From a bacterium (GTDB lineage: Bacteria > Zhuqueibacterota > Zhuqueibacteria > Oceanimicrobiales > Oceanimicrobiaceae), in contig JBHHXT010000173.1 in assembly GCA_046757165.1 (NCBI GenBank), positions 1 to 10,780 of the forward strand: a DNA stretch of 10,780 nt, in the 5' to 3' direction. How positions within the stretch are numbered: the stretch's first letter is position 1; every line of letters begins with the position of its first letter. Positions 1 to 7,107 of the stretch are shown here, one piece after another. The position numbers were made by a program, and so were the translations under genes. Below the pieces are notes generated by a model. That model saw only the letters and a list, made by a program, of their open reading frames with translations, was not told the origin of the DNA and made no database searches.

Positions 1-2
1 TG

Positions 3-3000
3 ACCTATACACCAGACGAGACCTTTGCCGGCGTCGACCTGTTCGCCTACACCATTGACGACAATGCGGGCGCTACCTCGAACGCGGCCAGCGTGGCGGT
101 GACCGTAACGGGCGCCGACGGCTCACAAACATTGACTTTTCTGCCCACCGACGATGGCCAGGTCAAAATAACGAACGCGAGTCGGAATTACGGCGCCAAA
201 GGCACAGCAAAGTTAGAACTGGGCAAATTCAGAAGCTACTTCAAGTTTGATGTCAGCGGACTCGATGGCGCCATCCAGTCCGCCAGGTTGCGGTTGCACG
301 TCACAACCAGCAGCACCGATGGCAGCGACCAGGGCGGAGCGGCTTATCTTGTCTCGAACGATTTCAAAGATTCGAACACACCCTGGCGGGAAGATCTTCT
401 GACTTCAGGAAATGCGCCAGAGATAGACGGGCCCGCGTTGAGCACGATCGGCGCGGTCGTGCCGAACGAAGAGGTCGAATTCGACGTCAGCGCAGCCATC
501 TCCGGCAACGGCGTGGTTAGCTTCGCGCTCTCCACACCTTCTGGAAATCAAGTCAAATACTTCACCAAAGAAGGGGCGTTTCCGCCAACTCTGATCATCG
601 AGACAGCTTCGGGCGGGGCGGAGAATCAACCACCCAACGCACAAACCGACCAGGCCACGACAGATGAAGACACGCCGGTCGATATCAGCGTCACCAATAA
701 TGATTCGGATTCCGATGGGGTGCTGAGCTTATCGTCTATTCAGATTGCCACCGCGCCCTCTAACGGCTCAGCTTCGGTTGTCCAGAGCAGCGGCGTGATT
801 TCCTACACGCCAAACCAGGATTTCTTCGGCGCGGATTCCTTTGCCTATACCGTGCGGGATGACGACGGCGCGACGTCCAATGTTGCCACGGTGAGGGTTG
901 TCGTGAGTGGCATAAACGACCCACCGGTCGCTGTTGATGACGCGGCGACACTCACGAACGGAACACCGATCATCCTCACCGTCACCGAGAACGATTTCGA
1001 TGTCGACGGCACCATCGATTTGACCAGTATCCACATTGTTGAGGCACCAGGAAAAGGCAGTATTTTGGTAAACCCATTTTCCGGGCTCATCACGTACACG
1101 CCCGGCGCGGGATTCTCAGGGTCGGACGCCTTTACGTACGAGGTCAAGGACAACAATGGCGCAACCTCGAACGTCGCAACGGCGACGATTATGGAAGAAG
1201 GCGGAGGCCCCCCTCTCAACACCTTTACCTTCCATCCCACTGATGATGGCCAGGTGAAATTGACCGAGCCAGGCAAGAACTACGGCAGCAAAGGCACCAT
1301 GAAAGTGAAACAAGGCAAGTTCGAGTCATACATGAAGTTCGACGTCAGCGGCCTTACCGGGAGTGTGCTTTCTGCCAGGCTGCGGCTCTCTGTCCGCGAT
1401 GACGGCCAGAACGGGGGCTCGCTCTACCTGGTCGGAAACACCTACAGCGGCTCGAGCGCATCCTGGGATGAGTCCGGGCTTACCGCCGGCAACGCGCCGC
1501 AGGTGGCCAGCGGGGTCCTGCAAGAGCTGGGTGCCGTGCGCCTGGGGGACATCATCGATTTAGACGTGACCGCCGTCATCCAGGGCAATGGAATCTACAG
1601 CTTTGCAGTTAAAGGCGTTTCCACCGACCAAACCAAGTTTGGCACAAAAGAAGGCCTGAACCCGATGCCGGAGCTTGTCATTGAAGCCGGAGGCGATCCG
1701 CCAGCGGCGCCACTGATCACGTCGTTTAATCCAACTTCCGGGCCGGCCAATACAGTGGTCACGATTGTTGGGCAAAATCTAGCGGGCGTGGACGGCGTCA
1801 CTTTCGGCGGCGTGGCGGCGAATTTCAGCGTCGACTCGGACGCGCAAATCACAGCGACGGTACCGACCGGAGCGGTCAGTGGCCGGATCGAAGTTACAAA
1901 AGCCGGTATCCGCGCGACCAGCGCGGATGTGTTTACGTTAGATGCTCCTGCCACTTCCGGCGAAATGGAAATCGTCCTCACCACGGATGACCGGTACGAC
2001 CTTTACGTCAACGGGGTACTGGTCGGCAGCAACGACCAGTGGAACATGGCCCAAACCTATGTGGTGCCGGTGAGAAACGGCCAGAATGTCCTGGCGGTCC
2101 ATGGCCGGAACGACGGTGGGGATGTTGGCATGATTGCCGAAGTCTCCATCGATGGCGAGGTAGTGCTGCGCAGCGGCACGAGCTGGCACGTCCACCTGAC
2201 GGAAGAGCCGGGCTGGACAGATGTTTCGTTCGATGACGCGCAGTGGTCGAACGCCGACGATTTCGGCGGGTACGGAGTTGCTCCATGGAAAAAGAATATC
2301 CTGAACTTCCCAAGGACCAGCAGCGCCCACTGGATTTGGGACGAACAAGAGCCGAGCACACTCTATCTGCGCGGCAGCTTTCATTTTGGTCCGCCTCAAA
2401 TTACCTCCATTAGTCCTGGAAGCGGTTTGGTGGGATCAGAAGTGTCCATTACCGGGGTCAACCTTGCACCCACCGGCCGCAGTTCTCTGCCAAACACCAT
2501 CAAGGTCATGCCGCTCGGCAACTCCCTCACACGTGGCGTCACGGGTTCCACAGACAATGCCGGCTACCGCAACGATCTTGCGGAGCTGCTGGACGGAGCA
2601 GGCATCTCTTACGACTTCGTGGGCAGCTTGCAGAACGGCACCGGATTCGATAATGACCATGAAGGCCACAGCGGATTCTGGGCCGACGAAGTCCTGGCGG
2701 ACATCGATGTCTGGATGCGGCAGAATCCGCCGGATATGATTCTCTTTCATATCGGCACCAACGACATTTCTTCGGAACAGTCGAATACCAGTACCATAGA
2801 CGAAATCGGGCAGAACCTGGACGTGATTCGAAACTTTGATGCGGATATTATCACGCTCCTCGCCGGCATCATCCCAAGAAAAGGGTCCAAAGATGCTACC
2901 ACGACCGCCCTGGTTGAAAGGATCAAAGACCTGGTGACCCAACGCCAGGCGGCAGGCGAGAATGTCTTCTATGCAGGGATGAACGAGGCGTTCAAGGCAA

Positions 3001-4463
3001 ATCCTGACTGGAAGAATGAGTACTTCCCTGCCAGCGACAACGTGCATCCCAATGATATCGGGTATGCTGTGATGGCGGGCGTCTGGTCTGATGCCATCAC
3101 CACGGTTCTGACTGGCGCCGGGGGCGTGACCGTTGAGTTCAACGGCGTCGCCGCCACGAAAGTATTTGTCGATTCTGATTCTCAGATTCGCGCCACAGTG
3201 CCGCCGGGCGCGACCACCGGCAGGATTACCGTCACCAACGGCCTGGGCACGGCTGTCAGCCCCGCAGATTTCACTGTACTCACGACCACGGTTGCTGCCC
3301 TTGAGTTTTCAAACCCGGGCCCGACCGTGGACTGGGCCCCGGGAAGTACGCACACCCTCACCTGGAAAACACTCGGAGAAGTCGACTATGTCAAGCTCCA
3401 GTACTCGACCGACGGGGGCTCCATTTGGCAAACCTTGCACGACAGGGTCGAAAACACAGGCAAGGTGGCCTGGACCACACCTGCGGTACCCTTCTCTCAC
3501 TTGATGGTGAGAATTGCAGATGCAGACAACCAGAGGCACGGCGTGAACGAGATGACCATCAAGGTTGCCGCTCCCGCTGTCCAGACCGAATTTCCGAATG
3601 CCTTCGAGGTAAGACGTGCCCTATTTGACCTGAAGGCAGGGAACACCGAAGCGCTGTCGCGCAGCGACCTGGACAACAACGGTCGCGTGGACCTGGTCGA
3701 CTACCTGAATCTGCTCGATTTGGACAACCCGGGGCTGCGTGCACTGAAGGCGGGCGAAGGTCACAACGGCACCCCTGCTTCGACCGGCACCCTGGAAGTT
3801 TCGATTCCTGCCGTCACTCCGGTGGCAGGGGGAGTCGACATTCCGGTGCTCCTGGCAGGTGACCAGCCCATCCGCGGCTTCCAGATCCAGCTCGAATTCG
3901 ATGAGTCCCGGCTCGACCTTACGGGGGCCTTGCCATACCGCAACGATTTCGGCATGCGACTCGAGGGGGTCATTTCCGGAAATACCCTGCAGGTGATTGG
4001 TTACCTGGAAAAAGAAAACAGCGCCGTCGAGATCAATGGCGACTTGTTTTCTCTGTGCGGAAAGCTGATCGACGCCGCTGATGGCGATGTGACCGTGCGT
4101 CTGGTGGAGAGCTTGTTTGTCTCCAAGGAGCGATTGCCGATCACCAATGCGAGCATCTCGGCGGCGGGAACAGCGAGAATTCCGACCGAGTTTGCGCTGC
4201 TGCAGAATTATCCCAATCCATTCAATCCCAGCACACAGATCACCTTTCATCTGCCGCAGAGGGCGAAAGTTGAAATCAAGATTTATAATCTCAAAGGTGA
4301 GCTCGTTCGCACGCTCGTCAATGAGGAGAGAGAGCCCGGGCGCCACAAGATAATCTGGAACGGCAGGAACGGAGCCGGCGTGCCGGTCGCGTCCGGCCTC
4401 TATCTCTATCGCATAAAAGCCGGCAAGTGGAAAGATACAATGCGGATGATGCTGGTAAAATAG
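3..4463 (+). CDS. Large secreted multidomain carbohydrate-active protein, 5'-partial (Ig-like repeats, 2x DNRLRE/CBM96-like, IPT/TIG, lectin-like, SGNH hydrolase, dockerin-like, cohesin-like, FlgD-Ig/T9SS-type C-terminal domain)
   Basis: The ORF track starts at GTG 93, but the frame is open from base 3 (TYTPDETFAGVDLFAYTIDDNAGATSNAASVAVTV, the tail of an Ig-like/Big_9 repeat), so the true start lies upstream of the window. Approximate domains: CBM96-like 129-605 and 1221-1689; Big_9-like 624-912 and 915-1190 (NxPPxAxxD...YTP...F.G.D.F.Y.V.D..GATSNVAT); IPT/TIG 1710-1940; lectin-like 1965-2387; split IPT 2394-2468 plus 3114-3281; SGNH about 2496-3105; Ig-like about 3300-3570; dockerin-like Ca loop 3666-3701; cohesin-like about 3790-4170; sorting domain 4182-4460 (EFALLQNYPNPFNPST...WNGRN..G.PVASGLYLYRI...MMLVK). 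Stop is TAG 4461-4463. Confidence 0.9.
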   Translation, partial: TYTPDETFAGVDLFAYTIDDNAGATSNAASVAVTVTGADGSQTLTFLPTDDGQVKITNASRNYGAKGTAKLELGKFRSYFKFDVSGLDGAIQSARLRLHVTTSSTDGSDQGGAAYLVSNDFKDSNTPWREDLLTSGNAPEIDGPALSTIGAVVPNEEVEFDVSAAISGNGVVSFALSTPSGNQVKYFTKEGAFPPTLIIETASGGAENQPPNAQTDQATTDEDTPVDISVTNNDSDSDGVLSLSSIQIATAPSNGSASVVQSSGVISYTPNQDFFGADSFAYTVRDDDGATSNVATVRVVVSGINDPPVAVDDAATLTNGTPIILTVTENDFDVDGTIDLTSIHIVEAPGKGSILVNPFSGLITYTPGAGFSGSDAFTYEVKDNNGATSNVATATIMEEGGGPPLNTFTFHPTDDGQVKLTEPGKNYGSKGTMKVKQGKFESYMKFDVSGLTGSVLSARLRLSVRDDGQNGGSLYLVGNTYSGSSASWDESGLTAGNAPQVASGVLQELGAVRLGDIIDLDVTAVIQGNGIYSFAVKGVSTDQTKFGTKEGLNPMPELVIEAGGDPPAAPLITSFNPTSGPANTVVTIVGQNLAGVDGVTFGGVAANFSVDSDAQITATVPTGAVSGRIEVTKAGIRATSADVFTLDAPATSGEMEIVLTTDDRYDLYVNGVLVGSNDQWNMAQTYVVPVRNGQNVLAVHGRNDGGDVGMIAEVSIDGEVVLRSGTSWHVHLTEEPGWTDVSFDDAQWSNADDFGGYGVAPWKKNILNFPRTSSAHWIWDEQEPSTLYLRGSFHFGPPQITSISPGSGLVGSEVSITGVNLAPTGRSSLPNTIKVMPLGNSLTRGVTGSTDNAGYRNDLAELLDGAGISYDFVGSLQNGTGFDNDHEGHSGFWADEVLADIDVWMRQNPPDMILFHIGTNDISSEQSNTSTIDEIGQNLDVIRNFDADIITLLAGIIPRKGSKDATTTALVERIKDLVTQRQAAGENVFYAGMNEAFKANPDWKNEYFPASDNVHPNDIGYAVMAGVWSDAITTVLTGAGGVTVEFNGVAATKVFVDSDSQIRATVPPGATTGRITVTNGLGTAVSPADFTVLTTTVAALEFSNPGPTVDWAPGSTHTLTWKTLGEVDYVKLQYSTDGGSIWQTLHDRVENTGKVAWTTPAVPFSHLMVRIADADNQRHGVNEMTIKVAAPAVQTEFPNAFEVRRALFDLKAGNTEALSRSDLDNNGRVDLVDYLNLLDLDNPGLRALKAGEGHNGTPASTGTLEVSIPAVTPVAGGVDIPVLLAGDQPIRGFQIQLEFDESRLDLTGALPYRNDFGMRLEGVISGNTLQVIGYLEKENSAVEINGDLFSLCGKLIDAADGDVTVRLVESLFVSKERLPITNASISAAGTARIPTEFALLQNYPNPFNPSTQITFHLPQRAKVEIKIYNLKGELVRTLVNEEREPGRHKIIWNGRNGAGVPVASGLYLYRIKAGKWKDTMRMMLVK
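129..1689 (+). repeat. Intragenic duplicated DNRLRE/CBM96-like domain (copies at about 129-605 and 1221-1689) separated by two Ig-like repeats
   Basis: TFLPTDDGQVKITNASRNYGAKGT...SYFKFDVSGLDGAIQSARLRL...WREDLLTSGNAP versus TFHPTDDGQVKLTEPGKNYGSKGT...SYMKFDVSGLTGSVLSARLRL...WDESGLTAGNAP. The family was assigned by motif recall (NYG, KFD.S, SA.LRL, W.E..LT..NAP). Confidence 0.75.
2496..3105 (+). other. SGNH/GDSL hydrolase domain (CE3-like esterase) within the large CDS
   Basis: All four blocks are in frame: block I IKVMPLGNSLT (Ser codon 2523), block II HEGHSG, block III HIGTND (2748-2765), block V DNVHPN (Asp 3036, His 3045). Confidence 0.88.
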
Positions 4464-4464
4464 T

Positions 4465-4484
4465 CCCCGGGGCACGGGGTTCAT
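4465..4484 (+). terminator. Possible weak terminator or 3' hairpin after the large CDS
   Basis: CCCCG-GGGCA-CGGGG forms a 5-bp GC stem starting 1 nt after the stop codon. It is followed only by TTCAT, a poor U-tract. Confidence 0.3.
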
Positions 4485-4531
4485 GACGCCATCCCTGACC
4501 CTGGAGGCCACCCCTGCTAGCAAAATTTCAC

Positions 4532-4561
4532 TTGACTTTTGCGCCAATATTGTTAAATACT
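4532..4561 (+). promoter_or_regulatory. Candidate sigma70-type promoter for the transporter-nuoJKLM operon
   Basis: TTGACT at 4532-4537 lies in an AT-rich intergenic stretch. Imperfect -10 candidates are TG-T-TAAATA (hexamer 4554-4559, 16-nt spacer) or AATACT (4556-4561, 18-nt spacer). Confidence 0.45.
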
Positions 4562-4688
4562 ACCCTATCCGATTCACCTCCCGGATGAATATTCTGTATC
4601 GTTTGAAATCTGTTGTCCCTTATTTTAGCCATTGTTGTTTGATGTAATATGTGTAAACGGTCACCTCAACAAGCCTAAAGGATAACTT

Positions 4689-6206
4689 ATGCAGAGATTG
4701 TTCATTGTCGTTCTTCTGGTCCTGGTTCTGTGCCCGCTGCATTCAGCTTTTTCAAGCGGTTTGGGAGGCAGTGAAGGCCATGGCAGCCTCGGCGCCGAGC
4801 TGCCGCTCTGGAGTGTCATCCCGTTCATCGGTATCTTGTTGTCGATCGCGATTTTCCCCCTTGTTTCGGAGCATTTCTGGCACCACCATTTCGGCAAAAT
4901 ATCAGCTTTCTGGGCTTTACTCTTTGCGGCGCCGTTTCTGTGGGTCTATCATTACTCTGCCATGCATGAGATTCTGCACATCTATTTTTTGGAATATATT
5001 CCTTTCATCATATTGCTCTGGGCGCTTTACACCATCTCCGGTGGCATCCTCGTACAAGGTGCGCCGGTCGGTGTGCCGTCAAACAATTTGATCTTGCTCC
5101 TGATTGGCACCGCCCTGGCTTCGTGGATCGGAACCACCGGTGCTGCGATGGTTCTGATCCGCCCGCTTATCCGCATGAACAAGTACCGCAAATCGAAAGT
5201 GCATCTGATCGTCTTTTTTATCTTTCTGGTCGCCAACATCGGGGGATCGCTCACGCCGCTGGGCGACCCGCCGCTTTTCCTGGGCTTCCTGCAAGGCGTG
5301 GAATTCTTCTGGACGTTCCAACTTTTCCCCCAAATGCTCTTTGTGGCCGGTCTCCTGCTTTTTGTTTTTTTTGCCTGGGACACGTATATGTTCCGCAAGG
5401 AAGGCTGGCATGAGAAAATGCATTTAAAGGCGACACATTTCGATGCCCCGGATGACCTGATAGATGATCTCGTGATCGAGGAAGAAGTGGAGGTCGAGAA
5501 TCCCCGCACCCACAAGACCCGAGTCACAACCTATACGATGTCCATCAAAGGGATTTTCAACCTGCTCTTCCTGGGGGGAGTGATCATTGGCGTGCTCTTC
5601 AGTGGCAAGGTTCATCTGGGTGCCGAGACCATTTTTGGCATCGAAATGAAATTCGAAAATATTATCCGCGATCTGTTTCTGATTGCCATGGGATTGCTTT
5701 CGCTAAAACTTACGCCCAGGGCGTATCGTGAAGGCAACGAATTCAACTGGTTTCCCATTCAGGAGGTGGCCAAATTATTCGCCGGCATCTTTATCACGAT
5801 CATCCCTGCGCTGGCGATGTTGAGAGCAGGCCAGGCCGGAGAGCTCAGATTCGTCATCGATCTCGCAAAAGAACCCATTGACTATTTTTGGATCACCGGC
5901 ACGCTGTCCAGCTTCCTCGATAACGCACCAACCTACCTGGTCTTCTTCAACACCGCGCTGGGCAAATTCGACCAGACAGTGGATTGGCTGATGGCCGACG
6001 GGGCCATCTTCCTGCAAGCCATTAGCTGCGGCGCAGTCTTTTTCGGCGCCATGACCTACATCGGCAATGCGCCGAACTTCATGGTTAAATCCATCTCGGA
6101 GCACGCGAAGATCAAAATGCCAAGCTTTTTTGGGTTTATGGGTTACTCCCTGCTCATCCTGGCGCCGCTGTTCATCTTGACAACGCTGGTGTTTTTTCTC
6201 GTGTAG
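4689..6206 (+). CDS. IT-superfamily secondary transporter (CitMHS_2-like; usually annotated 'sodium:proton antiporter')
   Basis: 505 aa, highly hydrophobic. It carries the inverted-repeat hairpin motifs ANIGGSLTPLGDPPLFLGF and GAMTYIGNAPNFMVK, plus ASWIGTTGAAM, SSFLDNAPTY and N-terminal W..IPF.G.LLSIA..PL....FWHH. SD AAGGA at 4678-4682. The substrate cannot be determined from sequence alone. Confidence 0.85.
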   Translation: MQRLFIVVLLVLVLCPLHSAFSSGLGGSEGHGSLGAELPLWSVIPFIGILLSIAIFPLVSEHFWHHHFGKISAFWALLFAAPFLWVYHYSAMHEILHIYFLEYIPFIILLWALYTISGGILVQGAPVGVPSNNLILLLIGTALASWIGTTGAAMVLIRPLIRMNKYRKSKVHLIVFFIFLVANIGGSLTPLGDPPLFLGFLQGVEFFWTFQLFPQMLFVAGLLLFVFFAWDTYMFRKEGWHEKMHLKATHFDAPDDLIDDLVIEEEVEVENPRTHKTRVTTYTMSIKGIFNLLFLGGVIIGVLFSGKVHLGAETIFGIEMKFENIIRDLFLIAMGLLSLKLTPRAYREGNEFNWFPIQEVAKLFAGIFITIIPALAMLRAGQAGELRFVIDLAKEPIDYFWITGTLSSFLDNAPTYLVFFNTALGKFDQTVDWLMADGAIFLQAISCGAVFFGAMTYIGNAPNFMVKSISEHAKIKMPSFFGFMGYSLLILAPLFILTTLVFFLV

Positions 6207-6262
6207 AGCTTCATGCACGAGAGACGAGCCGGCCGGTCACAGGAACAATCATTGAGGGTGAA

Positions 6263-6769
6263 ATGGCCTCGTTTCTGTTTTTTCTCTTTGCCAGCATAGC
6301 CATCGCCGCAGCGGTGATGGTTATCTGGCATCGCAATGCGGTCTACAGCGCGCTGTTCTTGATTGTCACCCTGTTTGCGCTCGCCGGGTTGTATGTGCTT
6401 CTGCAAGCGCCGTTTATCGCGGCAGTGCACATCATCATCTACGCTGGCGCCATCATGGTCTTGTTTCTGTTTGTGATCATGCTGCTGGACCTTCAGAAAG
6501 ATGTCCGTCAGAAATCCAGCAACAAAATCACCCGGGTCGCAGGCCTGGCGCTTGCTGGGATTCTGATCGTTGAGCTGGCATGGTTTATCAAATCCGGCAG
6601 TACGGAATCCATGCCGCTGCCGAAGGAAGCGCTGGTGGTGGGCAATACCGAATCTGTCGGCATGCTTTTGTTCACCCAATATCTGTTTCCGTTTGAAATC
6701 GCCTCGGTCCTGCTGTTATCTGCCATTATCGGCTCAGTGATTCTGGCGAAACTGAACCTGAAAACATGA
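6263..6769 (+). CDS. nuoJ: NADH-quinone oxidoreductase subunit J
   Basis: 168 aa with motifs [34 protein letters not shown] and [26 protein letters not shown] at 6255-6259. Confidence 0.96.
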   Translation: MASFLFFLFASIAIAAAVMVIWHRNAVYSALFLIVTLFALAGLYVLLQAPFIAAVHIIIYAGAIMVLFLFVIMLLDLQKDVRQKSSNKITRVAGLALAGILIVELAWFIKSGSTESMPLPKEALVVGNTESVGMLLFTQYLFPFEIASVLLLSAIIGSVILAKLNLKT

Positions 6770-7071
6770 TCGTGCCAACTTCCTATTACTTGCTCCTGAG
6801 CGGTATCCTGTTTGTGATCGGTGTCGTGGGCGTGCTCACCCGCCGCAATGCCATTGTGGTCTTGATGTCCATCGAGTTGATGCTGAACGCGGTCAACCTG
6901 ACATTCGTCGCTTTTGGCAAGCAGCTCAATACGCTCGATGGCCAGATTTTCGTTTTTTTCGTCATGGTCGTGGCTGCCGCGGAAGTGGCGGTCGGCCTGG
7001 CGCTCATCGTCGCCATCTTCCGGACAAAGGAGTCGGTGTATGTCGATGAGATGAATTTGATGAAGTGGTGA
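6766..7071 (+). CDS. nuoK: NADH-quinone oxidoreductase subunit K
   Basis: 101 aa with [17 protein letters not shown] and [18 protein letters not shown] (both conserved Glu present). The ATGA overlap with the nuoJ stop indicates translational coupling. Confidence 0.97.
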   Translation: MIVPTSYYLLLSGILFVIGVVGVLTRRNAIVVLMSIELMLNAVNLTFVAFGKQLNTLDGQIFVFFVMVVAAAEVAVGLALIVAIFRTKESVYVDEMNLMKW

Positions 7072-7107
7072 GACGGTCATAAGCATGAAGTGAAGTAGAA
7101 TAACCCA

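Noticed and set aside
93..95. GTG start proposed by the ORF track
   Set aside because: The frame is open to the window edge and encodes the end of an Ig-like repeat. There is no signal peptide after 93, so it is an internal Val.
2469..3113. Intein or mobile element explaining the insertion in the IPT domain
   Set aside because: The insert has no Cys/Ser-start and His-Asn-end splicing motifs, no endonuclease or transposase motifs and no terminal repeats. It is a plain SGNH domain.
3621..4547. 308-aa minus-strand ORF, and other long antisense ORFs (2436-3047, 6508-7416, 8473-9219, 9236-10099)
   Set aside because: They lie antisense to well-supported genes and have no recognisable motifs. They are typical shadow ORFs of GC-rich coding DNA.
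4562..4688. Na+/Li+ riboswitch in the transporter leader
   Set aside because: Only short, mutually overlapping 5-bp pairings are visible (ATCCG/CGGAT, ATTCA/TGAAT) with no expression platform, and I cannot match a known consensus. An Rfam/Infernal scan would settle it.
7060..7107. 8-bp direct repeat ATGAAGTG (7060-7067, 7085-7092) creating a mini-ORF ATG-AAG-TGA between nuoK and nuoL
   Set aside because: It is too short to distinguish from chance or a trivial local duplication, and there is no evidence of function.
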